Notes under the pieces: model-generated
Databases searched by the model: none
The model's input: only the letters and a program-made list of their open reading frames with translations
Told to the model about the DNA's origin: nothing
Shown: one piece after another, positions 44,056 to 53,449 of the stretch
Numbering within the stretch: position 1 is the stretch's first letter
How the letters are laid out: every line of letters begins with the position of its first letter
Program-made: the position numbers and the translations under genes
DNA from: Candidatus Saccharimonadota bacterium
GTDB lineage: Bacteria > Patescibacteriota > Saccharimonadia > Saccharimonadales > UBA4665
DNA length: 64,000 nt
Reading direction: 5' to 3'
Assembly: GCA_028286245.1 (NCBI GenBank)
Contig: JAQBRY010000002.1
Location: 142,779 to 206,778, forward strand

Positions 44056-46316
44056 CGGTCAGACTCAACATACATGCGCTGGAACGAAAAGCTTCTGGCA
44101 GCGGCGCTAATTGGGGCAATAATTACCATGGGCTTCATGGCGACGGTAGCAGTAGGCAGGTTAGTAGTTTTAGAACCAGTGAGCGAAACAGTGCCGTCCG
44201 TGAGATTATCAATGCGGTAATACACCGTTGTGTCACGGGGTTTCATGTAAATATAAAAATCGTAAGTTTTGCTTGAGGCAAGCGTCAAGGTAGTGCTTGC
44301 CACTGTCTGGGTAGTACCGTCACGGGTTGTAAACTGCATAACGCCCCCATCGCGCGATGGAGCAAACTGGAAGCCGGCAAAGTTACCCGTTGGCGTGTTT
44401 GATGCGCCCATAACCGCCATTGTTTGGTCGGTCATTCCAAAGTACAGGCGGGCGCCTGTTGTGGTACTGGTGTAGTTCGCCAGCGTTGCATCAGACAGGT
44501 TAACGCGAGCAAAGTAAAAGAAGCCGTCAGCACCATTGGCCACAGAACCGCGGAAGTACTGGTTGTTTGCGCCGGCGAAACCAGCGGGCGTACCGGCAGT
44601 TGCGGCGCTGGTGTAGCTAGCCATGCCACCGGCCGCTTCGGTCCCGGCAATACTAGTACTAAGCGTACCGGTAGTGGTAGTTTGGCCGCCGGTAACGTTC
44701 AGAGTGGCTGCTGCCGTGCCGCCGGGCGTCACCAGCATGACATTTTGCTGGAAAAGACTTGGCTGAAAGGCATAACTCACTCCACTGCTGCTTAGTTGGC
44801 TTAGCATGGAACGTCCTGATACTACGCGGCTGTACACACGTAAGTTGCCTGCTGCTGGAGTTGTCGGATCGGTAGACATATCGGCCATCTGGATACCACC
44901 GGATTGCAAATCGAGACCTATATCCCAGCCGGTCGCAACTTCAACAGCTACCTCATTGCCCGCTCCCTGAGATGTGGGTCCTTCTAGCTTAATTCCGTAG
45001 CTATTCACACCGGCAACAGCGCCGGTTGCACCGGCGACAATCCGCATACCGCTCCAGGTACCACCGCTGGTTGTGCCAGGAGCATAATCAATCCGTACAC
45101 CGGCTGATTCTACGGCGGCAGCGCCACCCTTGTAGTTAACATTCAAAGCATTAACACCCGCCGTTGTAACACCGGATGAACTGTTATTTGCAATAGTTAC
45201 CTGGTCGGCAGTTGGGACATTGGTACCAGAGTTAATAGCGAGGCCACCAGGCGCAGAGGTAACCACGCCAAATTTACCGAGCGTGAGGGCATTGGCCGTT
45301 CCGGTTCCCAGGCTTAGGGTTGCTGCCGATGAGGTATCAACGAGTGGGGTAAGCACACTAGTTGACGCCGAGGAAGACCCGGTAACACTAGTGCCACCAG
45401 CCGTAACGATAAAGTAGCTTGTACCGCCGCCATTATTGGCCACCGAGAAAAGACTCCCCACCGTGCTGGCAGCGTCTTGAATTTCAAAGCCACCATTAGC
45501 AGCCGACAGAAGAATCTGTGGGCTAGTGACACCCGAACCGTTATAACTGGTCTGGAGCGTACTACAGGTACCAAATACCAGCAAACTCGCGGTGCTGGCG
45601 CCGGCTTGCAAACACTGATTTATGGTAGGGGCAGCTGTTGGCAAGGTTAGACTATAGCTGGCAGCCAGCGCTGCCACATTGAGCGTAACTGTACGGTTGT
45701 TGACGGTGCCATCCTGGAATAAAATAGCTCCCACATTTGTAGTGGAGCCCAGCGTGACTGCATTAGCGCCCTGCACCGCCAGCGTGCTGCCTGTAGTAAT
45801 TGAGCCGCTGACGTTAATGGTACCGGTCTGCTGGCTTCCTGGGGTGAGCTGCACCAGCTGCGCAGCGGTCAAGCCACCGACTTTTTCGGAGTTAAAGGCG
45901 TAGGGGCTGGCAGTAAATCGTACACGCGGCGTCATTTCTGCATCGGTAGTAACTTTTATACCCAAATAGAGCGCGCTGCTATTAAAATCTACGCTGCCGG
46001 GAAGTGCCGTAGTGTCGCCCAGTGCCGTCTGAAATATACCATCCGTGATGGTAACCGATTTGGTTTCTTCCCACTTACAGGTGTTAGCAGCACAGGTGTT
46101 TGTGGCGTCAGCCGTAGGGTCAGTATAGAGGCGGAAACGAATACTATAGCTGTTATTAGCGATGTTAGTGCCGTCGGGGTTCGTGATCTTGCCCTGGAAG
46201 CTGATTTGGGGGTTGATAGTAGCGCTGGCTTTGGCCGGTAAAACGTTGCTAAAAAAGACGAAAGTGAGTGCAAATAGCACCAAGCTTAAGAAACTTTTTT
46301 GCACCCCGTGTTTCAT
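44052..46316 (-). CDS. large secreted fibre-like protein, 754 aa
   Basis: Signal peptide. N-terminal module ISFQGKITNPDGTNIANNSYSIRFRLYTD...KWEETKSVTITDGIFQTALGD...LYLGIKV...SPYAFNSEKVGGLTAAQLVQL. Long Gly/Thr/Ser/Ala-rich beta region. C-terminal jelly-roll-like domain. Confidence 0.65.
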   Translation of the reverse strand: MKHGVQKSFLSLVLFALTFVFFSNVLPAKASATINPQISFQGKITNPDGTNIANNSYSIRFRLYTDPTADATNTCAANTCKWEETKSVTITDGIFQTALGDTTALPGSVDFNSSALYLGIKVTTDAEMTPRVRFTASPYAFNSEKVGGLTAAQLVQLTPGSQQTGTINVSGSITTGSTLAVQGANAVTLGSTTNVGAILFQDGTVNNRTVTLNVAALAASYSLTLPTAAPTINQCLQAGASTASLLVFGTCSTLQTSYNGSGVTSPQILLSAANGGFEIQDAASTVGSLFSVANNGGGTSYFIVTAGGTSVTGSSSASTSVLTPLVDTSSAATLSLGTGTANALTLGKFGVVTSAPGGLAINSGTNVPTADQVTIANNSSSGVTTAGVNALNVNYKGGAAAVESAGVRIDYAPGTTSGGTWSGMRIVAGATGAVAGVNSYGIKLEGPTSQGAGNEVAVEVATGWDIGLDLQSGGIQMADMSTDPTTPAAGNLRVYSRVVSGRSMLSQLSSSGVSYAFQPSLFQQNVMLVTPGGTAAATLNVTGGQTTTTGTLSTSIAGTEAAGGMASYTSAATAGTPAGFAGANNQYFRGSVANGADGFFYFARVNLSDATLANYTSTTTGARLYFGMTDQTMAVMGASNTPTGNFAGFQFAPSRDGGVMQFTTRDGTTQTVASTTLTLASSKTYDFYIYMKPRDTTVYYRIDNLTDGTVSLTGSKTTNLPTATVAMKPMVIIAPISAAARSFSFQRMYVESDR

Positions 46317-46407
46317 TTGATCTAAGTATACGTAATTTACGCATAATACTCAAGCTTATTCACGGTGTAATTACAGATTAGACAGTAGGGGATAGAATGT
46401 TTGTGAC

Positions 46408-47559
46408 TTACTTCACTTGCTGCCGCTTAGAGTCCGCCCGTACCGGCACCACATGGGCTGCTTGGTCTGCAGAATTTGTGCCGCTCACAGCTATCTTTTT
46501 AGCAGCCTTAGGAGTTCCCGAAATAGGGTTTTGCGATTGTACTTTTGTGGGTACCTTAGCTGCCTTTTTTATTGCTATTTTTGGTGCCTTTTGCAGGTGT
46601 ATTTTTATAATTCGGCGTCGTTTTGGATGCATGAGCCAGACTACAAAACACACAACAATCAAGGCAGCCAACAGGCCTATTTTTGGAACATACCAAAAAT
46701 ATACAGTCGTCGACTGAACCGTGTCCTGACCGTCATAACGATAAACAACGTGCAGTGAATATCTTCCTGGTAAAATTGGCTGTTTGTATTCGGTCAAATC
46801 GGTTTGCAATTTAATTTTTTCGGCAGGAAAAAGTGGAATAGACTGATTATTTATAACGCCCTGTGCATAGATGGTGCCTGCCTTTTTATTGTCAATGGTA
46901 ATAACACCGCGCGGTACGGAATAAACATTCCCGGGATTTGAAAATGTAACGTTTACGGCTTTGGGCAAGCTCAATAAACTTCGCCTTGGGCTGACGCTAG
47001 TTACTAACAAATTACGGACTGCGCCATCTTCTTTAATAACATATATCGTTGCACTAATAGCTGGTTCCAAGGACAGTTGGCCGGCGCTGCTTGCCGTGGT
47101 ACCGGTCTGCGTTAGTAACAATGATACGTAATGTCCGCCCGGCGAGAGACTGGCTGAGTTTTTTATGGTAACTGCCACATTTATTGAACGGCCGGCCGGG
47201 ATCGTAAATGCAGCCGGTGTAATAACGGTATTGGCAACCAAGGCAGCATCGGCTTTGGTAGACGGGGTGAGGCTGTTATTTTGGACGCTGAGTCCACTTA
47301 AAGCAGCGGTCATAGTAATAGACGCCGCGTAGTTATTACGAACGCCGACCGAAAAACTGGTTTGTGGCTGCAACGCACCAACCTGAGCCACTGAATAGGC
47401 CGGAGCCACGGTAATATTGCCGGCAATCTGAGCAGCCTGCGCTCCAGATACCGAGTGAGACTGCACTACTGCCACCAGGAGCACTGCTATTAAACCGAAC
47501 GCCCAGCCAGACTGAGCATAACCCCGTAGCCTTTTACTCACTACGCTTGCGGCGCCCAT
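46408..47559 (-). CDS. DUF916/DUF3324-like surface protein with C-terminal TM anchor and Lys-rich tail
   Basis: Signal peptide. FTIPAGRSINVAVTIKNSASLSPGGHYVSLLL, then VTFSNPGNVYSVPRGVITIDN...PGRYSLHVVYRYDG. TM helix, then a ~70-aa Lys-rich cytoplasmic tail. Confidence 0.55.
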   Translation of the reverse strand: MGAASVVSKRLRGYAQSGWAFGLIAVLLVAVVQSHSVSGAQAAQIAGNITVAPAYSVAQVGALQPQTSFSVGVRNNYAASITMTAALSGLSVQNNSLTPSTKADAALVANTVITPAAFTIPAGRSINVAVTIKNSASLSPGGHYVSLLLTQTGTTASSAGQLSLEPAISATIYVIKEDGAVRNLLVTSVSPRRSLLSLPKAVNVTFSNPGNVYSVPRGVITIDNKKAGTIYAQGVINNQSIPLFPAEKIKLQTDLTEYKQPILPGRYSLHVVYRYDGQDTVQSTTVYFWYVPKIGLLAALIVVCFVVWLMHPKRRRIIKIHLQKAPKIAIKKAAKVPTKVQSQNPISGTPKAAKKIAVSGTNSADQAAHVVPVRADSKRQQVK

Positions 47560-48586
47560 GTCGTGAATGCTTCCCTAAGCGGAAAAAGAATTTAATAGTG
47601 GCAACAATTCCTATCAACAGTATTATTAACGCCACCAGCAGACCAAGTACAATCTTCCAGGGGAATACCCAAAAGCTAATTTCTGTTTCCAGCGGCACAT
47701 CACGTTGCCCGTTATTGTAAATGACCACAACGCGTGCCACATACCGCCCGATTCTAAACTGTGAGTCACGCCAGTGCCATTCCAGGTGTTGCTTTGGGGC
47801 GGCATTTGCTACGTCTTGCGTAGAAACACGCACGGGCACGCCATCTGCCCAGCTGAGCGGATATTCTCGTGTTATACCGGGTAACAAATACAGCGAGCCG
47901 GGATTTACCGGTAATATGGTGAGCGGCTTATTACTATTTGATTTACGCTGGATATAGACATTGCCGGCTGGCAATAAGAGCGAGTTGCCGTTGTTACGAA
48001 GTTTGAGTGTAAAGGTGGCCGGTAAGTACTCGTATACTTTGTGTGCGGACGTCAGGCTGGTAATTTGCAGTGACTTTTTAGCACCTGGCCGATCAACATT
48101 CAGTAGTGTAAACGAAGCCACCGAGCCTTGAATTGCAGTTTGCCCCTTGACTATCTTGGGAGCGGTTTGCCGACTGATTACCATCGCAAAGGAGTAACTA
48201 AAACCGGCCGATGCTGGCGTATCCACATTTATAAGTTGCGTGGTACGCTCACCCGGTTTTATAGAAAAGGTTGGGTGCACAAAGCTTACCCAGCCGGCAA
48301 CCTCAGAGGGCTTACTCGGCTCAAGCGTCACCTTACCAGTGTCGCTGGCTACCTTAAAGCTTTGCACCTCTATCTTTAGGTTTTCCTGGGTAGTACCGCC
48401 GTTATACACCTTAAGTTCAAGGGTTTTATGTTCGCCCGGTTTTACCGTTTCGACTATGGGAGAGGGGCTAATTTCTAATGATATGCCTGGATCAGACGGC
48501 GTAGCGGCTTGAGCCAGTGGAATCATTAGCAGGTTTGCGGCTAGGATTCCCAGGCTAATAAGTGGAAGGAATTTTTTTGTAAGCAT
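47534..48586 (-). CDS. DUF916/DUF3324-like surface protein with C-terminal TM anchor
   Basis: The ATG at 48586 follows TGGTATACT. Signal peptide. ISLEISPSPIVETVKPGEHKTLELKVYNGG, then FTLKLRNNGNSLLLPAGNVYIQ. TM helix plus a basic tail. Confidence 0.6.
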   Translation of the reverse strand: MLTKKFLPLISLGILAANLLMIPLAQAATPSDPGISLEISPSPIVETVKPGEHKTLELKVYNGGTTQENLKIEVQSFKVASDTGKVTLEPSKPSEVAGWVSFVHPTFSIKPGERTTQLINVDTPASAGFSYSFAMVISRQTAPKIVKGQTAIQGSVASFTLLNVDRPGAKKSLQITSLTSAHKVYEYLPATFTLKLRNNGNSLLLPAGNVYIQRKSNSNKPLTILPVNPGSLYLLPGITREYPLSWADGVPVRVSTQDVANAAPKQHLEWHWRDSQFRIGRYVARVVVIYNNGQRDVPLETEISFWVFPWKIVLGLLVALIILLIGIVATIKFFFRLGKHSRHGRRKRSE

Positions 48587-48649
48587 CTTGTATTCGTAGT
48601 ATACCAGGCCCATAACTGTTACCAGCGGAGGACTTATGCCAACAAGCGG

Positions 48650-49681
48650 CTAGAAGGAGGCAGCGCCAACAACGGTAATAGTGTCCGTGTAGTCGGTGGC
48701 AGCTGGTGTTGCACCGGCGACAGCGGCGTTGGTAGTAAGCGACAAGACGTGGCCGGTAGCTGTTCCGTTAGCCGAAGCCATAGAGGCAAATGAGGTGTTA
48801 AGCCCACCGCCCTTGCCGGCTGAGCCGCCAACGAATGGTGCCGTAACGGTGATAACCCCAGTTCCACCACCGTTTGCCGATGTGACACCGGTGTTGTAGC
48901 CTTCGGTACCGGCTGAAAGCGTGCTGTTTGTGCCCGGAGTGGTAGAAGCGATTGTCTTGGTAGCGCTGGCGGAGAGCAAGCCAGTATTGACATCACGGGC
49001 CCAGAGGTTCCAGCCGCTGGCAGCGTTGGTGTTTATGGTTACCGTACGTGGTGTTGGGCTTGATGAGACTGCACCGCTGGCAAGTGCGCCAAGGTTATCT
49101 GTGTTGCCGCTAAGTGCAAAGCTGAATGCCTGCGGCACTGATGCGGTGACTACAATCTGGTCATCGGCAATACTAGCCGTGCTAAAAGGAGAAGAATCTA
49201 GCAGAGTTGGACCGGCTATATATGTTTCAACGGTACCGGTATTGTTGGCAGTAGCACTTGCTTTAACAGTTACAGCCACTGGGTTCACCCAGTTAAAGCA
49301 GTAGAGTACTCCTACGGTAAGGTCACCACTTGGAAAGGTTACAACCTGACCGGTAACATTAGTAGCGGTAGCAATACCGGGCCAGGCGGTACCACCGGTA
49401 GGCCAGGCGGTGTTAGTAGTGCCGACGGTAAAGGTCGAAGCGATTCCAAGCGTATAACCGGTTGGGAAAGTAACTAGAGTAGTTGCTTCCGTACCCGCGC
49501 TAGAAGGCTTAGCACAAACGGTGCCAGTGGTGGTGGTACTGATCTTCATACGATCAAAACGAACAGAAACTTGAGACAAAGAGGCAGCATTTGCTACGCT
49601 CGCGAGCACAACAGGAGCAATTATAGCGATGCCAAACACGGCCACCAGTGACCTTGCAATTAGTTTGCGATTGATTGGCAT
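48650..49681 (-). CDS. secreted beta-rich WxL-like surface protein, 343 aa
   Basis: CAGGAG RBS and a signal peptide. FSFALSGNTDNLGAL...TVTINTNAASGWNLWARD retains a literal W-x-L. Ends in YTDTITVVGAASF. Confidence 0.6.
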   Translation of the reverse strand: MPINRKLIARSLVAVFGIAIIAPVVLASVANAASLSQVSVRFDRMKISTTTTGTVCAKPSSAGTEATTLVTFPTGYTLGIASTFTVGTTNTAWPTGGTAWPGIATATNVTGQVVTFPSGDLTVGVLYCFNWVNPVAVTVKASATANNTGTVETYIAGPTLLDSSPFSTASIADDQIVVTASVPQAFSFALSGNTDNLGALASGAVSSSPTPRTVTINTNAASGWNLWARDVNTGLLSASATKTIASTTPGTNSTLSAGTEGYNTGVTSANGGGTGVITVTAPFVGGSAGKGGGLNTSFASMASANGTATGHVLSLTTNAAVAGATPAATDYTDTITVVGAASF

Positions 49682-49763
49682 TGTATGCTCCTGAAGAATG
49701 ATTCTTTTATTGTTTATATTGTGAACTAATGACAGTATGCATAACCATTATTAATTATGCAAA

Positions 49764-50819
49764 TCAAAATGACATGGCAGTGATAATAGTCACCTTATCG
49801 GAATAGTCAGTAGAGGCGGGTGTGATAGAAGTTGTCTTAGCCATAAAGGTAATTTGACCGCTGCCCGTAGTAACAGGGCCGGTCGTTCCAAATAATTGCT
49901 GCAGGCTGGTGCTCAGCGCTCCAACGTTATTAGCGGAGCCGTTATAAGGGCTGCTAGCGGTCAGAGGACCGCCGCTAGCCTGCGAAAGGCTGGTTATCTG
50001 ACCCCCGTAGCCGCTGGCGGCGGCAGTAAGGTCAGCAGTAGCAGAGCTTATAGTACTATTTTTGGCGGTACTAAATAATCCGTTACTGGTGTCTTTTATA
50101 TAGACCCCTCCGCCAAAAACGGCATTAGTACTAACGCTCACCAGCGCTCCAGCATTTGCCGAGAAGACGCTGTTTGGCGCTAAACTAGTAAAACCCACTG
50201 TAAAGGGCGGCGTTGCATTAGCGGTAGTTGCAACGGCAAAACTAACCGACGGTGCTGCCGTTGCTACCCCTGTTGAAACTGGACCAAAAGCCGAACCCGT
50301 AAAACCGCCCTGCAGGGCACTTACTTTTACGGTGTAGGTGGTGCTCGGCAAAAGACCCAGCACATCAATACCGGTAGAACTCCCCCACAAAGCATAGGTC
50401 TGATAATCCTCTATCCCGAGTACTGCCCCGACGCTATTGTCATTTTGAATATACTTAGTGGTCGCAAATCCGTCGGAACTAATAGCGATTGCAAATTTTG
50501 TATCGGTTGGATTACTACCATTATTAATAACTAGGTGCAGCTTATTATAGGTGTTAGCCGGGTTACTTAAGGTGGCTGCCGGCGGCACGTTCGCGGTCTG
50601 GCTCGACTGCTCACCAGGTTTCAAAATTGTTATACCGTTGGTTGCCGAGGCACCCGTCTGCGAACCGGACGTCCCGTTTAAGGCGTACGAGCTGCTTGAG
50701 CTGCTGCCACCGCCAGTACCAAAATCGTAATTCCTGAGCGTAAAGTTGGTACTTGCCGGTGATGCTGCAAATAGACTGATAAGCCCTGTGGCACTAAAAG
50801 CCATGAAGGTTTTAAACAT
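49764..50819 (-). CDS. secreted beta-rich WxL-like surface protein, about 351 aa
   Basis: Signal peptide from the ATG at 50819 (MFKTFMAFSATGLISLFAASPAST). Ends in YSDKVTIITAMSF. Confidence 0.6.
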   Translation of the reverse strand: MFKTFMAFSATGLISLFAASPASTNFTLRNYDFGTGGGSSSSSSYALNGTSGSQTGASATNGITILKPGEQSSQTANVPPAATLSNPANTYNKLHLVINNGSNPTDTKFAIAISSDGFATTKYIQNDNSVGAVLGIEDYQTYALWGSSTGIDVLGLLPSTTYTVKVSALQGGFTGSAFGPVSTGVATAAPSVSFAVATTANATPPFTVGFTSLAPNSVFSANAGALVSVSTNAVFGGGVYIKDTSNGLFSTAKNSTISSATADLTAAASGYGGQITSLSQASGGPLTASSPYNGSANNVGALSTSLQQLFGTTGPVTTGSGQITFMAKTTSITPASTDYSDKVTIITAMSF

Positions 50820-50924
50820 ATACACTAATACTACCATTTTCACGAGGATTCGAGGCGCAGCTTTATTGATGCCCCAGAGCAGTGCACACTGCTATACTGG
50901 TGAAAAGATAATTGGGAGAAGGTA

Positions 50925-52760
50925 ATGCAACGGATTTCGCACTTTTTGCGTGAGTATAAAATGTTTAGCTTGGCGGCAATTGCTGCACTCGTTGGACTGG
51001 GGCTACAGCTAAACGGCTATCACACCGCTGCCCGCTGGGTGGTCAGCGTCGTGGCTCTCCTGCAAGCAATGCCCCTTTTATGGGATATGATCCAAGAAGT
51101 CCGGGCCGGTAAATACGGTATCGACATTTTAGCCGTCACCGCCATTGTGGTATCGGTTATCCTCGGTGAATACTGGGCAGCAATCGTGGTCGTTATTATG
51201 CTTACCGGCGGCGAATCGTTAGAAGATTACGCCGAACACCGAGCCAAGCGCGAACTTAACAGTCTCCTCGAAAAAGCACCGCAAAAAGCCCACCTTATTA
51301 AAAGCCGTAAAGTTGTTGACGTTCCGGTAGCCAAATTGGTCATAGGCGACAAAATCCTGGTTAAACCCGGCGAGCTCGTTCCCGTGGACGGCATTATTAT
51401 CGAAGGTACCGCCAGTTTTGACGAGTCCAGCCTTACCGGCGAAAGCCTCCCGGCCGTCAAAGATATCAAGGATATGATTGTCAGCGGCAGCGTAAACCTG
51501 GATGGGGCGGTAACGATTCGCGCCACCGCCACTGCCGAAGATAGTCAGTATCAACAGATTGTAAAGTTGGTCAAGAGCGCCGCTGCCAGCCAAGCACCGT
51601 TTGTACGCTTGGCCGAACGCTACAGCGTTCCCTTTACGGTCTCAGCCTTTGCCATCGCTACCGCCGTCTGGGTGTTTAGTGGCGACCCGGTACGCTTTTT
51701 ACAGGTAATTATCGTAGCAACGCCTTGTCCGCTTCTCCTAGCCGCCCCAATTGCCCTCGTAAGCGGCATGAGCCGCGCCAGTAAGCAAGGCATTGTCGTC
51801 AAATCCGGTTCAGCGCTGGAGCGACTGGCCGAGGCCCGTACCATTGCTTTTGATAAAACGGGCACGCTTACTACCGGCGTACTGAGCGTGTCAGAAATTT
51901 TTGCCTACCATGGCCACAGCAAAGACTCGGTCCTTAAACTAGCAGCTAGCCTGGAGCAAAAGTCTAATCACGTTGTGGCGCATGCCATAACTACTGCGGC
52001 AATCTCTCAAAAATTGGCACTTACAAAAGTAAAGAATATCCAAGAAATCTCTGGACTTGGCTTAAGTACGAGCGTGGCCGGTAAGAACATCCTTGTGGGT
52101 CGACACAGTCTAATGAAGACCAACAATATTACTATGCCGAGTGCATTTAAACTCAGTGACATTAAGGGCACGGCTGTCTACATTGCTGATGGCCAAGAGC
52201 TGGCCGGCATTATTACCTTTAGCGATGACGTCCGACCGGAAAGCAAAGGCACGCTTGAGCGACTACGCAGCCTTGGTGTTCGCAAATTACTCCTCATTAC
52301 CGGTGACAATACGCTCACCGCCAATAGGGTTGCCAAGCAGCTCGGCATCACCGATATATACGCCGAACAACTGCCAGCAGATAAGCTCAGAGTTATAGAT
52401 GCCCTGCCCGATCGACCGGTTGCGTTTGTGGGCGATGGCGTTAATGATGCCCCCGTATTAACTGCCGCCGACATTGGTATTGCCCTGGGTGCTCGCGGCT
52501 CAACAGCCGCTAGTGAATCAGCCGACATGGTTATTTTGCAGGATGATGTCAGTAAAGTTGCGGTCGCTTATAGCATTGCCCGCCGAACCTTTTCTATTGC
52601 CCGTCAGAGTATTTTTGTGGGTATTGGCTTAAGTCTTGTATTGATGGCGGTGTATGCAACCGGCAAATTCTCGCCGCTGAGCGGCGCGCTACTGCAGGAA
52701 GTGGTTGATATCGTGGTTATCTTTAACGCTCTACGAGCGCTTTCGGGAAAAGACGTTTAA
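50925..52760 (+). CDS. P1B-type heavy-metal-translocating ATPase without N-terminal metal-binding domain
   Basis: DKTGTLT, TGDN, GDGVNDAP, and a transmembrane ATPCPLLLAAP (T-P-C motif). GGGAGAAGG RBS. Confidence 0.9.
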   Translation: MQRISHFLREYKMFSLAAIAALVGLGLQLNGYHTAARWVVSVVALLQAMPLLWDMIQEVRAGKYGIDILAVTAIVVSVILGEYWAAIVVVIMLTGGESLEDYAEHRAKRELNSLLEKAPQKAHLIKSRKVVDVPVAKLVIGDKILVKPGELVPVDGIIIEGTASFDESSLTGESLPAVKDIKDMIVSGSVNLDGAVTIRATATAEDSQYQQIVKLVKSAAASQAPFVRLAERYSVPFTVSAFAIATAVWVFSGDPVRFLQVIIVATPCPLLLAAPIALVSGMSRASKQGIVVKSGSALERLAEARTIAFDKTGTLTTGVLSVSEIFAYHGHSKDSVLKLAASLEQKSNHVVAHAITTAAISQKLALTKVKNIQEISGLGLSTSVAGKNILVGRHSLMKTNNITMPSAFKLSDIKGTAVYIADGQELAGIITFSDDVRPESKGTLERLRSLGVRKLLLITGDNTLTANRVAKQLGITDIYAEQLPADKLRVIDALPDRPVAFVGDGVNDAPVLTAADIGIALGARGSTAASESADMVILQDDVSKVAVAYSIARRTFSIARQSIFVGIGLSLVLMAVYATGKFSPLSGALLQEVVDIVVIFNALRALSGKDV

Positions 52761-53380
52761 TTTAGCACGAGCAGGCCGGCAACCAGGAGCGGAACAAGAA
52801 TATTGTCCATACCCTGCACACCGATATTTTCAATAAAGGTAGCGCTGAGTGCCGTCACAAGCAGCAGGCCAAAACCAATCGGCGTAGCCAGCATGTCGTA
52901 GCCGGCCAGTAGCACCACAGATACTACAAAAAAGGTCAGCGAGCCGGCCACACTTTTGGCCTGCCCAAACACGTAGTAGCGCTGACTCTTACCAAACTTG
53001 GTCCCCATAACTGCAGCCATGCCATCCGCCAGACTCATCTGGAGTAGCGCTACCGCATAGATGTATTTATCATGCGTTACGATGGCAATGAGCCCCACTG
53101 CTAAGGCAAAAAATACCTCTCCGTAGGTTGGTCGCTGCACGCTGTGGATAGCCTTAAAGAGTTTAAAATATTTAGAGACTGCCACCACCAGCAAAAAAGC
53201 GATGCTTAAAACACCAATCTGCACCCACGACAAAAAGAAGGGCCAAAAGGCCACAAAGCTGCCCACGGTAATGTGTATAAACTTACGACTGAACTCGCCA
53301 TGTTTGGCGTGCTTGCGCCAAAACAGCTCATTCACCACCAGCAAGGTGCCAATGGCTAGGATGGTCAGGATAAATGTCAT
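52757..53380 (-). CDS. CTP-dependent lipid kinase / CdsA-superfamily membrane protein (SEC59/DGK1/VTE5-like)
   Basis: 207 aa, polytopic. LADGMAAVMGTKFGK resembles the D-x-x-A-x3-G-x3-G-x-x-K signature. Its stop overlaps the ATPase stop (TTAA). Confidence 0.55.
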   Translation of the reverse strand: MTFILTILAIGTLLVVNELFWRKHAKHGEFSRKFIHITVGSFVAFWPFFLSWVQIGVLSIAFLLVVAVSKYFKLFKAIHSVQRPTYGEVFFALAVGLIAIVTHDKYIYAVALLQMSLADGMAAVMGTKFGKSQRYYVFGQAKSVAGSLTFFVVSVVLLAGYDMLATPIGFGLLLVTALSATFIENIGVQGMDNILVPLLVAGLLVLN

Positions 53381-53449
53381 CTCTAAATTGTACGCTACCG
53401 AGCATAATTTTTTACTGTCGTCTACATTAAAAGCCGCTATTATTTGGCA

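Noticed and set aside
48634-48996. 120-aa minus-strand ORF overlapping the 48650-49681 gene in another frame
   Set aside because: It is a Pro/Leu-rich out-of-frame shadow of the WxL-like gene, with no independent start signals.
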